64,000 nt of DNA, taken from the NCBI GenBank assembly GCA_951406725.2, contig OX597826.1:17112001-17176000 (forward strand), given 5' to 3'. Shown in pieces: positions 1-13,137 of this stretch (its first letter is position 1; every line of letters starts with the position of its first letter). Made by a program: the position numbers and the translations under genes. Source of the DNA: Octopus vulgaris. Taxonomy: Eukaryota. The notes beneath the pieces are model-generated. The model worked only from the letters and a program-made list of their open reading frames with translations, did no database searches and was not told the origin of the DNA.

Positions 1-1000
1 AACAATCATTTGTGCAGTTCATAACTAAAAGCATGTAGCTCTCGCATCATCAGCTTGCTTCATATTTAATACGGTGAAAACCGAGAAGGAAAATTATGAA
101 CGAGTTATGATGGAGACAGCGATTTAGTTAGCAAAATATGTAGACACGTAAATAGCTAAATAGCTACATAGATAATCAGACAGAAATACAGGCATATGCA
201 TATTTATGCATACAATAGACAGAAAGATAAAAGAAAGACAGTTAGGTACGAATATAGATGCCTGCATTAAAATCCTTTCATTTTCCTCCATATTTTCCAA
301 ACTTTACCTTTGCCTCTATTTTTTAGATTCACATTGATTTAAATGAAACGGAAATGTAATTCAAAAACTGAAAGCGAAACTGCAGATTGCAAATGAATGA
401 AATCAATAGGTCGGAAAGAGAAATGAAATTAGTTGGGAAGGGATCCTAGCTAAAACTTCAAAAGGGTAACAAAAAGAAATCATGGACTATATCACAGATG
501 ATAATGGCTCATGAGTAGTGCTGCTTCATTAGTAAATAGCCGATTCAGAGATATCTTCACTCAAATATATTTTTTACCATTCTAAACATTGTTTGCATCT
601 TTCAATGTTTTCTCATTTTCCTTTTCATTGTTATTATTTATTATTTTGATATTGTTTTTGAATAAAAAATTTTCTTGATTATTTATGACATTATGAATAT
701 ATTTGCTTAATGTTAGAGCTATTATAGGATATCTTGCAAGAATAAAACAAACGACTAAATTCCTGTACTTCTTTCGCAAACATGTTTCTTTCTTCTCGTA
801 CTTCTCGTTCTTCTGACCAATGTAACTGATTTTATTTAATCCATTCTTTTGTTTATTTACCAGATTAGCGTAATAGTCACAGAACTGTTCCCCGAAAATG
901 TTTATCTAATTTCTGTAATAGTTTTCGGTATAGTTCTGTCATTCCCCTTCAGTTTGAAACGGTCTGCTCGTCATTCAGTCGTCAGTTTTCACAATTTCTC

Positions 1001-1126
1001 TCATTCCCAGTTCATACGATTCATGACACTCTCTTCATCTTTAACTTCCACCAGAGATGAACGAGGAGGGTGAATTCCATGACGCTTCGGTGTCATACTC
1101 ATTTCATTGTCCTTGTAATGATTTCC
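1001..1126 (-). CDS. Probable terminal coding exon of the iGluR gene (GNHYKDNEMSMTPKRHGIHPPRSSLVEVKDEESVMNRMNWE*)
   Basis: Acceptor ttggttatttgtag and a phase-0 open frame of 41 codons to TGA at 1001-1003, in locally higher GC. No homology support because the C-tail is variable. Confidence 0.6.
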   Translation of the reverse strand, partial: GNHYKDNEMSMTPKRHGIHPPRSSLVEVKDEESVMNRMNWE

Positions 1127-2555
1127 CTACAAATAACCAATAAAACAATTTTAAAAAGCTAGAAATATTTTAAGAGACTGTTTAACCACTTCTGAACAGA
1201 AATACAAGCAATATATTAAATACGACAAGCCCCATTACAGGGCTACTACCATTTTGCAAATACCAGGAGGCACATCCAACAGCAATGAAAGCTTTTTGTT
1301 TGTGTCTCACTCAACTTCTAAATTTTATATTTCACCGTTTTCTATTCAACCAAGAAGTTGAAAAACATGTATTCTTTTCACTAACTACTTCAATTTACGA
1401 ATTTCTTATGTTTAATACTGTTTGTGATTTTTTGTTTTTTACCACATATGAAATGATAACTATAATATTTTAAACCGATTTGCTGCTATGTTTACTTGTC
1501 ATGTGTTTAAGCACCCCATATAACCCCGCATAGCGTTTTGGAATTTTCAGAAAATGTTTTCGAATTTCTGTTCTACACACGGGAATTCATACGACGATGC
1601 GGTTTTATTTTTTCATTTTTTAGACCTTCATCCGCCCTAAATCTTAAAACCTCCACTATTTTACGGTTTTTATTAAAATCAGAATTTAAAATACGGATAG
1701 TCCAATTTTTTGCTTAAATCCCAACAATGGACAACACTTAGGTACATCACCATTTCATTAGATGTGGTTGTGGGAAGAAAATCATTGAAAAATATCAATA
1801 CATGTCAGAGTGACAAAGAAACGAGAACGTTATCAGGTGGTAATGAGATGTGCTAAAAACAACGGCTAAATTGCCCTTAAATCACACATAAAAATTCTCT
1901 TTTGTTGCATGATCGTATGAATTTCCGTATTTAGTACACAAACCAGAATTTCACCATTAATGCTATTATACTTAGCTGTTTCTAATAACAATACACTTCC
2001 ACTACGAATACTGGTCAAAAAACAGCTTCGCACAATATAAAAGAAAGCAATGCAATGAATCCAACAAATGGTGTGCTGTGTTTGCGTAGAATGCTATTTT
2101 AAAGTCTTTGATTTTATTAATTCATTTTTTTTTCTTTATATAAAAGAGCTGCAGACATGGATAAGAAAGTTGGTTTCACAAACTAATTTGTTTCAGTTTC
2201 GATACCACTGCACGGCATCTTGGACAAGCATCTAAGGTAGAAGCACCTACGACCAAAACTTGTAAGCTAGACTGAAATTTTATGAAAGCTACGCTGAGGC
2301 ATCTTCTGTTCTAGAGTAGATCATTATATTCCTGTAGTGGATTAAACCGACTAACAAAGGCATACGTTCAGCTAGCGGTACCAATGTCACTCCAGCCATT
2401 CGATGTCGTTACGTAGTCCCGGAAAAGTTTCATGAGTGATGTTAATCATTTCCTGGCTAAATCACATAATTTTGGGAGGCTTGTAAATAAATCAACGATT
2501 ATTATATAAGTAGGAATCTAGTTAGAAAAAAATGTGATATGATGTCATTAGTTAC

Positions 2556-2739
2556 CTCTTTGACGTTGTTACTGCTGCTGTGTCTTGTGCGTGATGTACA
2601 TTGATGCACACTGCACACTATTGTTGATAGTGCTATACCTCCGAGAACCACGACGAACAAGCCTGCCACGTTTTCTAGACGAAGCGATGTTGTTTTCGTA
2701 CTTTGGTGACCATCTGGGCAGGATGACACTCGCCACCAT
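2556..2739 (-). CDS. iGluR-family gene, end of S2 plus M4 exon (K-WWRVSSC...SLRLENVAGLFVVVLGGIALS...NNVKE)
   Basis: Acceptor ttgccttgcag. The first A completes the AA of the previous exon to give the conserved KWW. Contains the second S2 Cys and the M4 motif LENVAGLF. Donor GAG|gtaac. Confidence 0.92.
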
Positions 2740-2850
2740 CTGCAAGGCAAAAGAAAATAATTTTAATTACATACCTACGATACACACACACACATACTCA
2801 CATATATATACATGTATGTACATATATATACATATATACACACAAACACT

Positions 2851-2916
<66 letters not shown>

Positions 2917-2947
2917 CAAAATAAGCAACAAGGATATCCAGAGGTAA

Positions 2948-3034
2948 TGCAGCACGATCGTTTCATGCAACTCCATTTAATTGAACAATGCAATCACTAC
3001 ATCAATTTAAAATGAAAAGCAATCTTCAGCTGCA
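2948..3034 (-). ncRNA. Type I hammerhead-like motif with a non-cleavable GUG triplet (left arm of an inverted repeat)
   Basis: Minus strand: tgcag CTGAAGA ttgc...gcat GAAA cgatcg TG ctgca. Confidence 0.6.
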
Positions 3035-3243
3035 CAAAGACATAGAATTTAATTGAATTAGAACAGATAGACATATTAGCATAATGATAGCTGAAATCTC
3101 CAAAACGTTAATGAGATAGACAAACTTCTATGCTGGATCGAGGCAGCATGTTCGTTGTCAATCTCCTTAACTTCTTGGAGAGTTTAGGTATAAATATACT
3201 AATGTGTCCATTTGTTCTAATTTAATTAAATTCTATGTCTTTG

Positions 3244-3330
3244 TGCAGCTGAAGATTGCTATGCATCTTAAATTGCTGTAATGAATGCATTGTTCAATTA
3301 AATGGAGTTGCATGAAACGATCGTACTGCA
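3244..3330 (+). ncRNA. Type I hammerhead ribozyme motif (Penelope-pLTR type, palindromic stem III)
   Basis: tgcag CTGAAGA ttgc...gcat GAAA cgatcg TA ctgca. Stem I is perfect, the triplet is GUA, and there is a U-U mismatch at the base of stem II. Confidence 0.7.
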
Positions 3331-3498
3331 TTACCTCGGGATATCCTTGTTGTTTATTTTGATTTTAATCACCTTAATTTGAAATTGTATGGAATTGTAC
3401 TAAATTCTTGTGCCTCAACTTAAGTACCATATTCAGCTGAATCTATCTTTCTGTCTCTCTCTCTCTCTCTGTGTCTCTCTCCCTCTCTCTCTCTCTCT

Positions 3499-3537
<39 letters not shown>

Positions 3538-4309
3538 TTAAGGTGTATTCCGTTAGAAACGTAGCAAAGTACAAATTAGAGCACGTTCACCCTTAGGATT
3601 ACCAAATACCCGATAGCATTACGGTATAATTCCAACTCTCTATGTTTAGACATACTTCATTGACTCTATCTTATTCCTCAATTATGTGTGTGTGTGTGAG
3701 AGAAGTTTAACAAGGAAAGGGTAAACACTAACTTCGAAGTTTCAGCTTGCTCGCCTTTATAAGACCCTCATTTACCTTCGTTCTTTCACACTCTAAATAG
3801 TCTTCGACAGCTTTCTTTCCTTTTTTTCTTTGTTGACAGGCGGATTAATGTCAGATATACATTGGGGATATATCGGAACGTAGGAAAAGAATATTTTATC
3901 GTAGGCTATGACTTGATAGCAAGTTATAGTGAAGGAATTTATTTGGGTTTGCTGTGGAAATTTGTTATTTTTTAGAGTTCATTCAAGGGTGTGTGTGAGA
4001 GAGTGTGTTCTTGTTGTTTTTGTTGTTGTTGTTGTTGTTGTGTGTGTGTATGTGTGTGTATGTGTGTTGTGTCTATAGACAAAGAAAGTGGTATCTATAG
4101 ATATATATTCATGTATACTTATACACAAACACACACACACACACCACACCCAGACTGTTAATGTATCTTTACAAAAGAGTGTTCAATAAACTCTTTGCAC
4201 GGAAGTATATAGCAGCTTGCTTTCTAACACATAAACTATGTGTGTTTTCTCAGGGTGGAAAGGGATCAGTGCGAAATGATAAGGTGTGCAATAAATGTTG
4301 GTTTCATCT

Positions 4310-4482
4310 CTTGGCACAAGGCCAGCAATTTCGAGGAAGCAGGCCCAAGTGCTTAACTGGTGCTTATTTTATCGACCCCGAAAGTCGGCTTCGGTGGAAT
4401 TTGAACTCAGAACTTGAAGATACACGAAATGCTGCAAAGCATTTTTCCCAGATGTACTAACGATTTTGCCAGCTTGCCACCT
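4310..4482 (-). mobile_element. Degenerate tRNA-derived SINE (family A)
   Basis: ttttatcgaccccgaaag...ggaatttgaactcagaac matches the copies at 9395, 10189 and 13140. Confidence 0.7.
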
Positions 4483-4678
4483 TAACGTGTGCGATAAACG
4501 CTGACAGTGGAAATGCGAAATGTGAAATAATATTGCAAGACGTATTATACAACTAAGTTTCACAAATAGACTTGAAACAAAATTTTACTGTGAAACCGTA
4601 GTAAGAGTAAATACTAATCTTATTACATACAGGCATATATACACACGCGCACACTGACAAGCACAGGCATATGCACAC

Positions 4679-4721
<43 letters not shown>

Positions 4722-4760
4722 GGTAAACAGTAAAAATAATTACAATAAAATATATATATA

Positions 4761-5187
4761 TCGTCCAGAGGTGTTTAGCACTTGCTAATCGTAAGGGTAT
4801 TGACTACTGTCACGGCAATGCCAGACTGCACACTTCTTTGCATGTGTGGAAGAAGTTACAGGGACTTGGCTGCGAGATTTTGTCGCACCCTTGATATTCG
4901 CCCGACATTGCACCCTCAGATTTCTACCTGCTTCGGCCTCTTCACAATTCTTTTAATAGACAGACTTTCAATTCCGAAGAGGTTGTAACAGTTCACCTAG
5001 AAGTTGTTTTTGTCTCCAAAGACAGGTAATTATTTGAGCAAGGAATAAGCGATCTGCCCTAGAAATGATACAAGGTACTGGAACGAAACAATGATTATAT
5101 CATTGATTGAACAAGCTGCCTCATGTTTAAAAATTTGCCTATTTTCACTTAAAAAAAAGCCTAATTGACTTTTTGGTCAACCCAGTA
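4761..5187 (+). mobile_element. Mariner transposon 3' fragment (pseudogenised transposase and terminal repeat)
   Basis: Translates as HGNARLHTS...EILSHP*YSPDIAPSDFYLL (mariner HDNARPH and YSPDLAPSD motifs). Ends in TIR-like aattgactttttggtcaacccagta. Confidence 0.85.
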
Positions 5188-6611
5188 GTATGCCCGCATA
5201 TATATCGTACACAAATATGCTTACTTTTATACATCTATATATATATATATATATATGTGTATGTGTGTAAGTATGTATGTATGTATGCATGTATGTATGT
5301 ATGTATGTATGTATGTATGTATGTATGTATGTATGTATGCATGTATGCGAACGTACCGCAACAGAATTCTAATAATATAACCAAAACGGACGACACTTAA
5401 GCCTGATATCCAACTTGTAAATCACTAACAGCTATTGTGTAGAATAAAAGAAATTTTCTTTTTGGTTGCATATGTTATCAGAGCTTCTTCACAATCAAAC
5501 GTGCAGAATACAGTTTAATTTTTCCAGTTACGATATTACAATTAATTTAACGTCTACATAGAGCCTTTGAGAAATTCTTTTCAGTGTCGGCTGACTGATT
5601 TCAAAAGGCAGAGCGTGTTACACGCATAGATCTTTCAGGCCTTGCTAGAGAGGTGAAATCTACACGGTTATTCTTTCTTTTGAGCATTTGCAAGTCGATA
5701 TTTTAGAGAAAACATATTCAGAAAAGAAATTCCGAAGTACTAAGTTCTGAAGAGGACGAAATGTTTGTAGTCAATGCAGAGTGTAATGGGAACACAGTAT
5801 TCACGACTTGAGAAGTAAAGCTGGTAAGTTGAGAGAGATTTAGTGTGGATCTTGCAAGACACCAGCTGGATCAAAGATTACTAGTAATGACAGAGAAGGA
5901 GGAAGGTGAATGTGTGCAAATGACATTCAGAAATTTTCCTTACGGATAGAGTGTGCTCCTTGCATCTAACTGCATTACACATATTTTTCCAGTTATTCTC
6001 TCCATTAACGTATTTTGGAATCCGATGGTACAGTGTACTCAAATTGCCATATATGTATATGTTCATAGTATTACATTAAACTATGATATTTCTTGCATCG
6101 GCTAAAAATTCTATATTTTTCGAACATCATTTTCTTTGATGAGTGAAGACACAAGTGCGGTTTGAAAGGCACAAAAGAAAACAAATTATAAATATGTCTT
6201 CGTATGTTTCGAAAAGAGACAACTGTAGTTGACAGCTTCTATTACGTTGCTATCAATGCTTAATGATCCGTAAATAGTTATCTAAATTAACATATTAAAG
6301 TAAAAAAAAATATTTCTGTTTATTCGAAAATAGCTTTATCTTTCGAAGACAAATTTTCAAAAATATATCGTCCTTTTCTTTAAAAGAAAAAAAAATAACT
6401 TCTACACAATAGCCAACAGAAACAATTGTATGGCCGATGTATTTGTTATCAGAATTGAATCTAAATGTGACAATTTATTCTTTCTAATAAAGTTGTGTGA
6501 ACTCTAGTCTGTCACTATTTGCGTTGTGTTTGCTATATTCCAATTTCATTAACTTTTTTTACTTTTGCTGTAAATAATTTTTATTATTTTTTCAAGATGA
6601 GCCCAAAACAG

Positions 6612-6915
6612 AAAGTCCCTGAATAAGGGTTGTTTCAGGATGTTTCCAGAGGTGAATTATTCAAACTGCACTGAGTTCCGTTCAACACATAGCTATGATG
6701 CTAGCCCCGCTACTTCTGCTCGTGATCGGAGATGCACATATCGTCAGTCAGTTGTGAACTTGCTCAAATTGTAATGGTCAAGCAACTGACAAGGAAATCT
6801 GCAGAATATTTGCCATAGCCCATCTTTTATACCAAAACAAAACATTTACATGATAACAATTCCAATCAGTTAAGATCACAAGCCATAAGAACCACTGTAT
6901 AGTGCTGCTTCAGGA
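6612..6915. repeat. Dispersed repeat family C (TAA-flanked, likely a non-autonomous Dong/R4-associated element)
   Basis: ccctgaataagggttgttt...ctacttctgctcgtgatc...gatgcacatatcgtcag is shared with 10975-11224 (inverted), 36655-37040 and 49441-49970. Confidence 0.8.
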
Positions 6916-6954
6916 ATTTATAATTATTACTATTATTATTACTACTACTACTAT

Positions 6955-6998
<44 letters not shown>

Positions 6999-7029
6999 GT
7001 ATTTGTATTATTATCTATTATCGTTGCAC

Positions 7030-7500
7030 AGCTTCTAATGCTGGAGATGTACTGCGGTGCAAGCTGTTCACTACCAGTGAACTAAGGTAGCACCCCTTAT
7101 TTTTCGATCACCTTCCGGAGTATTCGAGCTGTTCCAAACTGTGCTGTTTTCTGCAAGTGTTCCACCCTTATTGCAACCCATATTTGTTCCATGTACATCT
7201 CAAGATTTTTACTCACTGTCACCAGGCTTCCGACAATTATTGGTATTACTACCACCTTTCACAGCGACCACAACTGCTTAACCACCCAAGCTAACCTGTC
7301 ATATCTATCGACTTTTCTTTCTTCCTGTTGTCAGCTGGGCATGATATATCTATGATTGAGCATCGTTTGCTTTCTTTATTAATATTATGTCTGGCTTCCT
7401 ATTCTTTATCTCATTGTCGCATTGAATCATAAAATCCCATTTGATCTTTGCATTATCATTTTCGATGATGCCTTCGGGTTTATGTTCTTACCAATTTTTT
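7030..7500 (-). mobile_element. RLE-type (Dong/R4-like) non-LTR retrotransposon 3' fragment
   Basis: Minus-strand translation WDFMIQCDNEIKNRKPDIIL...IIDISCP...IPIIVGSL...LQKTAQFGTARILRKV (PD-(D/E)xK endonuclease tail), abutting a TAT/TAC microsatellite. Confidence 0.85.
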
Positions 7501-8356
7501 GCTCTGTCAAGTCCTCACTTGTATGTATATGTGTCTATAAGTTCATTTCTGCATGTTTTCGAATGCATACATTTATATGTACGTGTATTTATATTTATAT
7601 TGTGCGTGTGTTTTTGCTTGTATTTAGGTATGTGCATGAGCATCTAACTGGCCGTGGATATTGCTTTGGTTTCACTACAGTTCATTGAGATAGAAAATAT
7701 TTTGCAGTCTTCCGACCTTTTAACCTTTTTTGAAAATAATTGTTAAATACTAACTCTTGGTTTAATCTTTATACCTCTAGCTGTCTATTCCATATTGAAT
7801 TCGTTTATATTGTATTTTTTATATTTTTATTTGTCCTTTTACATACTTTCTTGTCTATTTATATAATATATTTACTTTACTTCCTTTCCCATCCTTTCCT
7901 GACTTTTGTTAACATTAAGGATGGTCACTTCCCTGCAATTAGATTCAGCACCTTAAGTGATATGAAGCAAAATACATTTATTAACTATATTGATTTTAAC
8001 GACCATACCGTAATAATTTTACCTAGTATCGGTCTTCCAAACATTGTATATATAAGGTGAGATTTTTATATGCTATACTAAGAGCCGAAGTATTGGTGTA
8101 ACCATCATTTTCTTGATGGTTTGTTGATCTGATGAGATATCTCTCTTTATCTGCACTCGTCTATAAATATTGTAACATGTACAGACATATAAAATAGTTT
8201 CATTATATACTGAAATTATTTTTTCATTGTGAAGGCTGCAAAACAGATGTAATAATGATAACATATAGTTAAATGAAAGCATTCACCACTCATACTTCTT
8301 GATCCTATATAAATATGTGTGTTTGTATCTGTGTCCACACGCACGAACAGACACAT

Positions 8357-8488
<132 letters not shown>

Positions 8489-8897
8489 AGACAGAGTGAG
8501 ATACATGGAAGACAGGCAAATAGATACATACGTATGTACATTTACATAAATATGCATATAAGCACATACATATACCTTCGTATGTACTTTTATATGTGTT
8601 TATAAATGTATATTTGTACACACACACGCATATATATATATATATATAAATAAATAGAAAGAGAGAGAGAGACATAATAAGGGTGAAAAATTGAATATTT
8701 GTATATATATTTAAATCTAAATAACCATGTTCTATAACCGGCAGGATTCAATGTAGAAAATAATTTTTCTGCAGAGATATTTCCGGTTTTTGGCGCGCCC
8801 AAACGAAAACATTTTAACTATACTCCCAAATATAATTTTTTTCTATCTCGTGTGGACGTCTCGTGTATAGTTCTGCATATTATATTTTGCTATGACG

Positions 8898-8969
8898 GTC
8901 ACACTGATGAATTGCGGACATTTCCGTATGTAAGTATGTAAATGGTAACAATGAAACTTGATATGTGAC
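8898..8969 (+). ncRNA. Type I hammerhead-like motif
   Basis: gtcaca CTGATGA attg...caat GAAA cttga TA tgtgac. Stems I and II pair; stem III is degenerate. Confidence 0.6.
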
Positions 8970-9112
8970 TAATCATATTTTCTGTCTTGTCATTTGCCTT
9001 GCTCGCTTACGTTCTGGCGTTTGCTGAATTTTCTTGAGAACAATCTTTTCTTAGTGGTCAGACTATATGAGGTCTACATCTAGTATATCGGATGCCCACT
9101 TAGTGGTCATCT

Positions 9113-9300
9113 GACGCCATGATAGATCGTTAGCCACTACACACATTTTTTTCTTTCCTTGTTCTCTGTCCCTTTCTGTAGAAGAGCGTATGCTCGAAAC
9201 GTAAAAGACTTTTTCTATTCCTGAGCGTTATACTAATACATCTGTTTGTTTTGTACACCACCTGGCTTCGTCTTTTGTTTTTTTTTTAGTAAACTCTCCC
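9113..9300 (+). mobile_element. Short pLTR-like repeat with a variant minimal hammerhead (9172-9207)
   Basis: cttt CTGTAGAA gagc gtat gctc GAAA cg TA aaag. A near-identical inverted copy lies at 53981-54172. Confidence 0.65.
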
Positions 9301-9329
9301 TATATATATATATATATATAAACTTACAA

Positions 9330-9722
9330 GTCCTGTACATTGTCCTAAGCGCTGGACTTGTACTAATTTCCTCGACTCTGAAAGGACGAAAGGCAAATGC
9401 AACCTCGTTTGAATTCGAACTCAGAAAGCAAAGCCGAGAAGAAATACCTATTTCTTTATTACCCACAAGGGGCTAAACACAGAGGGGACAAACAAGGACA
9501 GACATAGGTATTAAGTTGATTACATCGACCCCTGTGCGTAACTGGTACTCAATTTATCGACCGTGAAAGGATGAAAGGCAAAGTCGACTTCGGCGGAATT
9601 TGAACTTACAAGGTAACTACAGACGAAATACGGCTACGCATTTCGCCCGGCGTGCTAACGTTTCTGCCAGCTCGCCGCCGAGAAGAAATACCGCTAAGCA
9701 TTTTGTCTGGTTTGCTTACGAT
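9330..9722 (-). mobile_element. tRNA-derived SINE family A (nested/partial copies)
   Basis: Reverse complement of ggcggcgagctggcagaaacgttagcacgccgggcgaaatg...gttcaaattccgccga...gcctttcatcctttc. Confidence 0.85.
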
Positions 9723-10114
9723 CATACCACGTTGTCATTCTCTACACAAACTCCATAATACAAACAATAATCCTTTTAAAATACTGTAATGTATGTAAAT
9801 AATTCATGTGTGCCTGAAGAAGATGAAGATTTTGGATCAAGAAGTAATCTTTATTTTCATATTGCAATTATCTTCCTTGCCTCGGATTATTTCAATATTC
9901 CATCAGCTTTTATGCAGCAATATGGAATCTAGAATTAATCCGTGTGAAAAGTAACAATCTGGACAGCCGCTGACGTCATACTACTGCAGTTCTTCGTAAC
10001 CGAAAAGAATCACTAACCGAACACACTCAGTAATGGTTGTTGTAGTCACGTAGTGGACTAAGAACTTTCTACGACCAATCGTGCTGCTGCTGAAGCTGCT
10101 ATTCAAACAGCAGT

Positions 10115-10170
<56 letters not shown>

Positions 10171-10187
10171 ATGTTATTATTAGTAAG

Positions 10188-10582
10188 ACGGCGAGCTGCC
10201 AGAAACGTTAGCACGCCAGGCGAAATGCTTAGTGGTATTTCGTCTGCCGTTACGTTCTGAGTTCAAATTCCGCCGAGGTCGACTTTGCCTTTCATCCTTT
10301 GCAGGTCGATAAATAAAGTACCAATTACGCACTGGGGTCGATATAATCGACCTCATCCATTTGTCTGTCCTTGTTTGTCCTCTCTGTGTTTAGCCCCTTG
10401 TGGGTGGTAAAAAATAGGTATTTTGTCTATCTTTATGTTCTGAGTTCAAATTCCGTTGAGGTCGACTTTGCATTTCATCCTTTCGGATCGATAAAATAAG
10501 TACCAGTTGCATACAGGAGTCGATCTAATTGACTGGCCCCGTCCCCCCAAATTTCGGACCTTATGCCTAGAGAAGAAAAGAA
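10188..10582 (+). mobile_element. tRNA-derived SINE family A with internal duplication
   Basis: A/B-box-like head (gagttcaaattcc); the body gtcgactttgcctttcatccttt...gtcgataa...agtacc occurs twice. Confidence 0.85.
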
Positions 10583-10723
10583 TATTACTACTACAGCGAC
10601 GACGATGACAACAATAATAGTAATAGTTTCTATCATAGGCAAAATACCTGAAATATTCAGAAGGTTATTTGAACTCAGAACTCATTTTGTCTGGCAGTCT
10701 AACGAGTCTGCTGTCTCGCCGCC

Positions 10724-10962
<239 letters not shown>

Positions 10963-10974
10963 TTCGTTCAACGT

Positions 10975-11223
10975 CCTTAAACAACCCTTATTCAGGGACC
11001 TTTTGAGCGGGATGGGTTACTCGATCTGAAGAAAATTTTAACTGGGCTCCACCTGCAAGATCATGTGCTGTTTATCTTGATATGAGATCACCATGTCGCG
11101 CACATATGGTTGTGATGCATGTGCCTGGTGTACCCTTATCAGACGGGTAGTCATGATGGGTATACTGGGCTTCGTATATGTTACCCCAGTGTCACTTTGA
11201 TGGCATGCTCTGCTCGCTCACTC

Positions 11224-11224
<1 letters not shown>
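10975..11224. repeat. Repeat family C copy, inverted relative to the 49441 copy, between two (AAT)n tracts
   Basis: Reverse complement of 49441-49665. Confidence 0.85.
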
Positions 11225-11262
<38 letters not shown>

Positions 11263-11329
11263 TGCGTTGCAATTAGACAATTACCTACATAGCTGTACAG
11301 TTAATGAAAGATTGGTCAAATAGCAATGA

Positions 11330-13083
11330 GATTAGCAATTACCGACCCATTGCTTTCTTAACCTCTTATGGAAAGTATTAACAGGTACCCTCGCAGGGAA
11401 AATATATACGTTCCTTGCGGAAAACAATCGTCTGCCAGTAGAAGAAAAGGGGTGCTGAAAAGGATCCAAGGGCACCAAGGACCACCTTGTGATAGATAAG
11501 GTTTTAATGAAGAACTGTAAACGGTAGCAAATATCTTATGCGTGGCCTGGATAGACTTCAAAAAGGCTTACGACATGTTGGAGCATTCGTGGATTTTGGA
11601 AACACTCGACATGTGTGGAATAGCTGAGAACGTGTTGGAAAACACGTCTTTCCTGTAAGAACCAGTACTTAGCCGAGGTAACAACCAAAAGAGTTATGTT
11701 CCAGAGAGATTCTTATTCACCTCTGTTGTTTGTTATAGCCTTGATCCCACTTTCTGTAATTCTACATAAAATCAACGTGCACTATGGGTTGAGAAAGAAC
11801 GGACCTCGTCTCAAATACCTTCTCTTCATGAATAATTTAAAACTGTTCACAAAAATAGAGCCTAAAATGGAGAGGCTGGTTGAGACTGTCCAAATGAGCA
11901 GCAAGGATATTGGGATGGAATTTGGGATTTTGAAGTGTGCGGCGCTTACTTTGAAGCAGAGGGGTAAAGAGTAAATTGTAGGGGCATAGAATTGCCAAAC
12001 GGAGAGAGAATGGAAGGCTCGGATGATGATGGATACAATTACTTTGGGATCCTGGAGCTGGACAATAACTTACACAGAGAAATGAAAGACAAGATCATGA
12101 CTGCATATTCCAATCGCCTCAAACTTCTCTTGAAATCAAATCTCAACTCAAGGAACCTTGAGATTGTGCTATTAACATATGGGCTGTTGCTGTGGCCCAC
12201 TATAGTGCACCCGTCTTGAGATGGATACAAGCAGAGATTAACCAACTTGATTGCACTGCCCGAAAGAAAATTACAATGCATGGTCACCTCCACCCTAAGG
12301 AAAATGTACACATGATCTACATGAAGAGAGGTAAGGGCGGACGTGGATTGATTAGCGTATGGGCTTGCATCAAAAGTGAAAGGAAAACATGGCAGAATAT
12401 TTGGTAAACAGCAAAGAAGAACTGCTACAGTACGCTGCTAGTGCAGTAGGAGTTAACAAAAATGGACTTGATAGTGCTCATGAATTCCGAACAAGAGCAG
12501 TCAACGAGAGAGAAGAAAGCCTACTCCGTATGGAATTACATGGTCAGTTCCATCGTGAAACCAACAAATTAAAAGACTAGGAAGCATCATGGAGGTGGCT
12601 CAACAAGAATGACATAAATAAAATACTGAAAGCCTAATCATCGCGGCACATGATCAGGCATTGAATACCAACTCAGTGTTAGAGTACCGAAGGCCGAATA
12701 TAGTAACCTTTAGTAGTAGTGACTAGCAAGAGTGCCTAATAATCGACCTATCATAAATGAAAGAGAAAAGGTTGAAAAATATGGAAACTTGAGAATTCAG
12801 ATCACTAAGATGTGGCAGCTACGAGAGTCTAACATAAAGGTTATCCATATTGTCATCGGAGCATTGGGTTCAATATCACCCAATCTGAAAAAAATCTGGA
12901 AACCTTAGAGATACGCTACAATCTAGATGTATTGCAAAAGTCGGCATTACTTGGAACAGCACGCATATTGCGTAAAGTACTGTCTGTCTGAGGTCCTTGT
13001 TCTGACTTGACAAATAGTACAAACCCCGGTAAACACAATATCTTCAATTAACAACCTCACGATATTACATCCTGTACGACATC

Positions 13084-13085
<2 letters not shown>
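11330..13085 (+). mobile_element. Decayed Dong/R4-like non-LTR retrotransposon (RT plus RLE endonuclease)
   Basis: NYRPIA, AWIDFKKAYDM, FQRDSYSPLLFVIAL, LLFMNNLKL, LHGQF, IVIGALG and LQKSALLGTARILRKVL, with stops and frameshifts. (AAT)n on both sides. Confidence 0.9.
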
Positions 13086-13124
<39 letters not shown>

Positions 13125-13137
13125 CAACAATAGTAAC

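Larger units (their letters stand above)
2914..3364. repeat. Long imperfect inverted repeat, arms ~2914-3083 and ~3195-3364
   Basis: aatcaaaataagcaacaaggatatcc... is the reverse complement of ...ggatatccttgttgtttattttgatt over about 170 bp. Confidence 0.9.
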
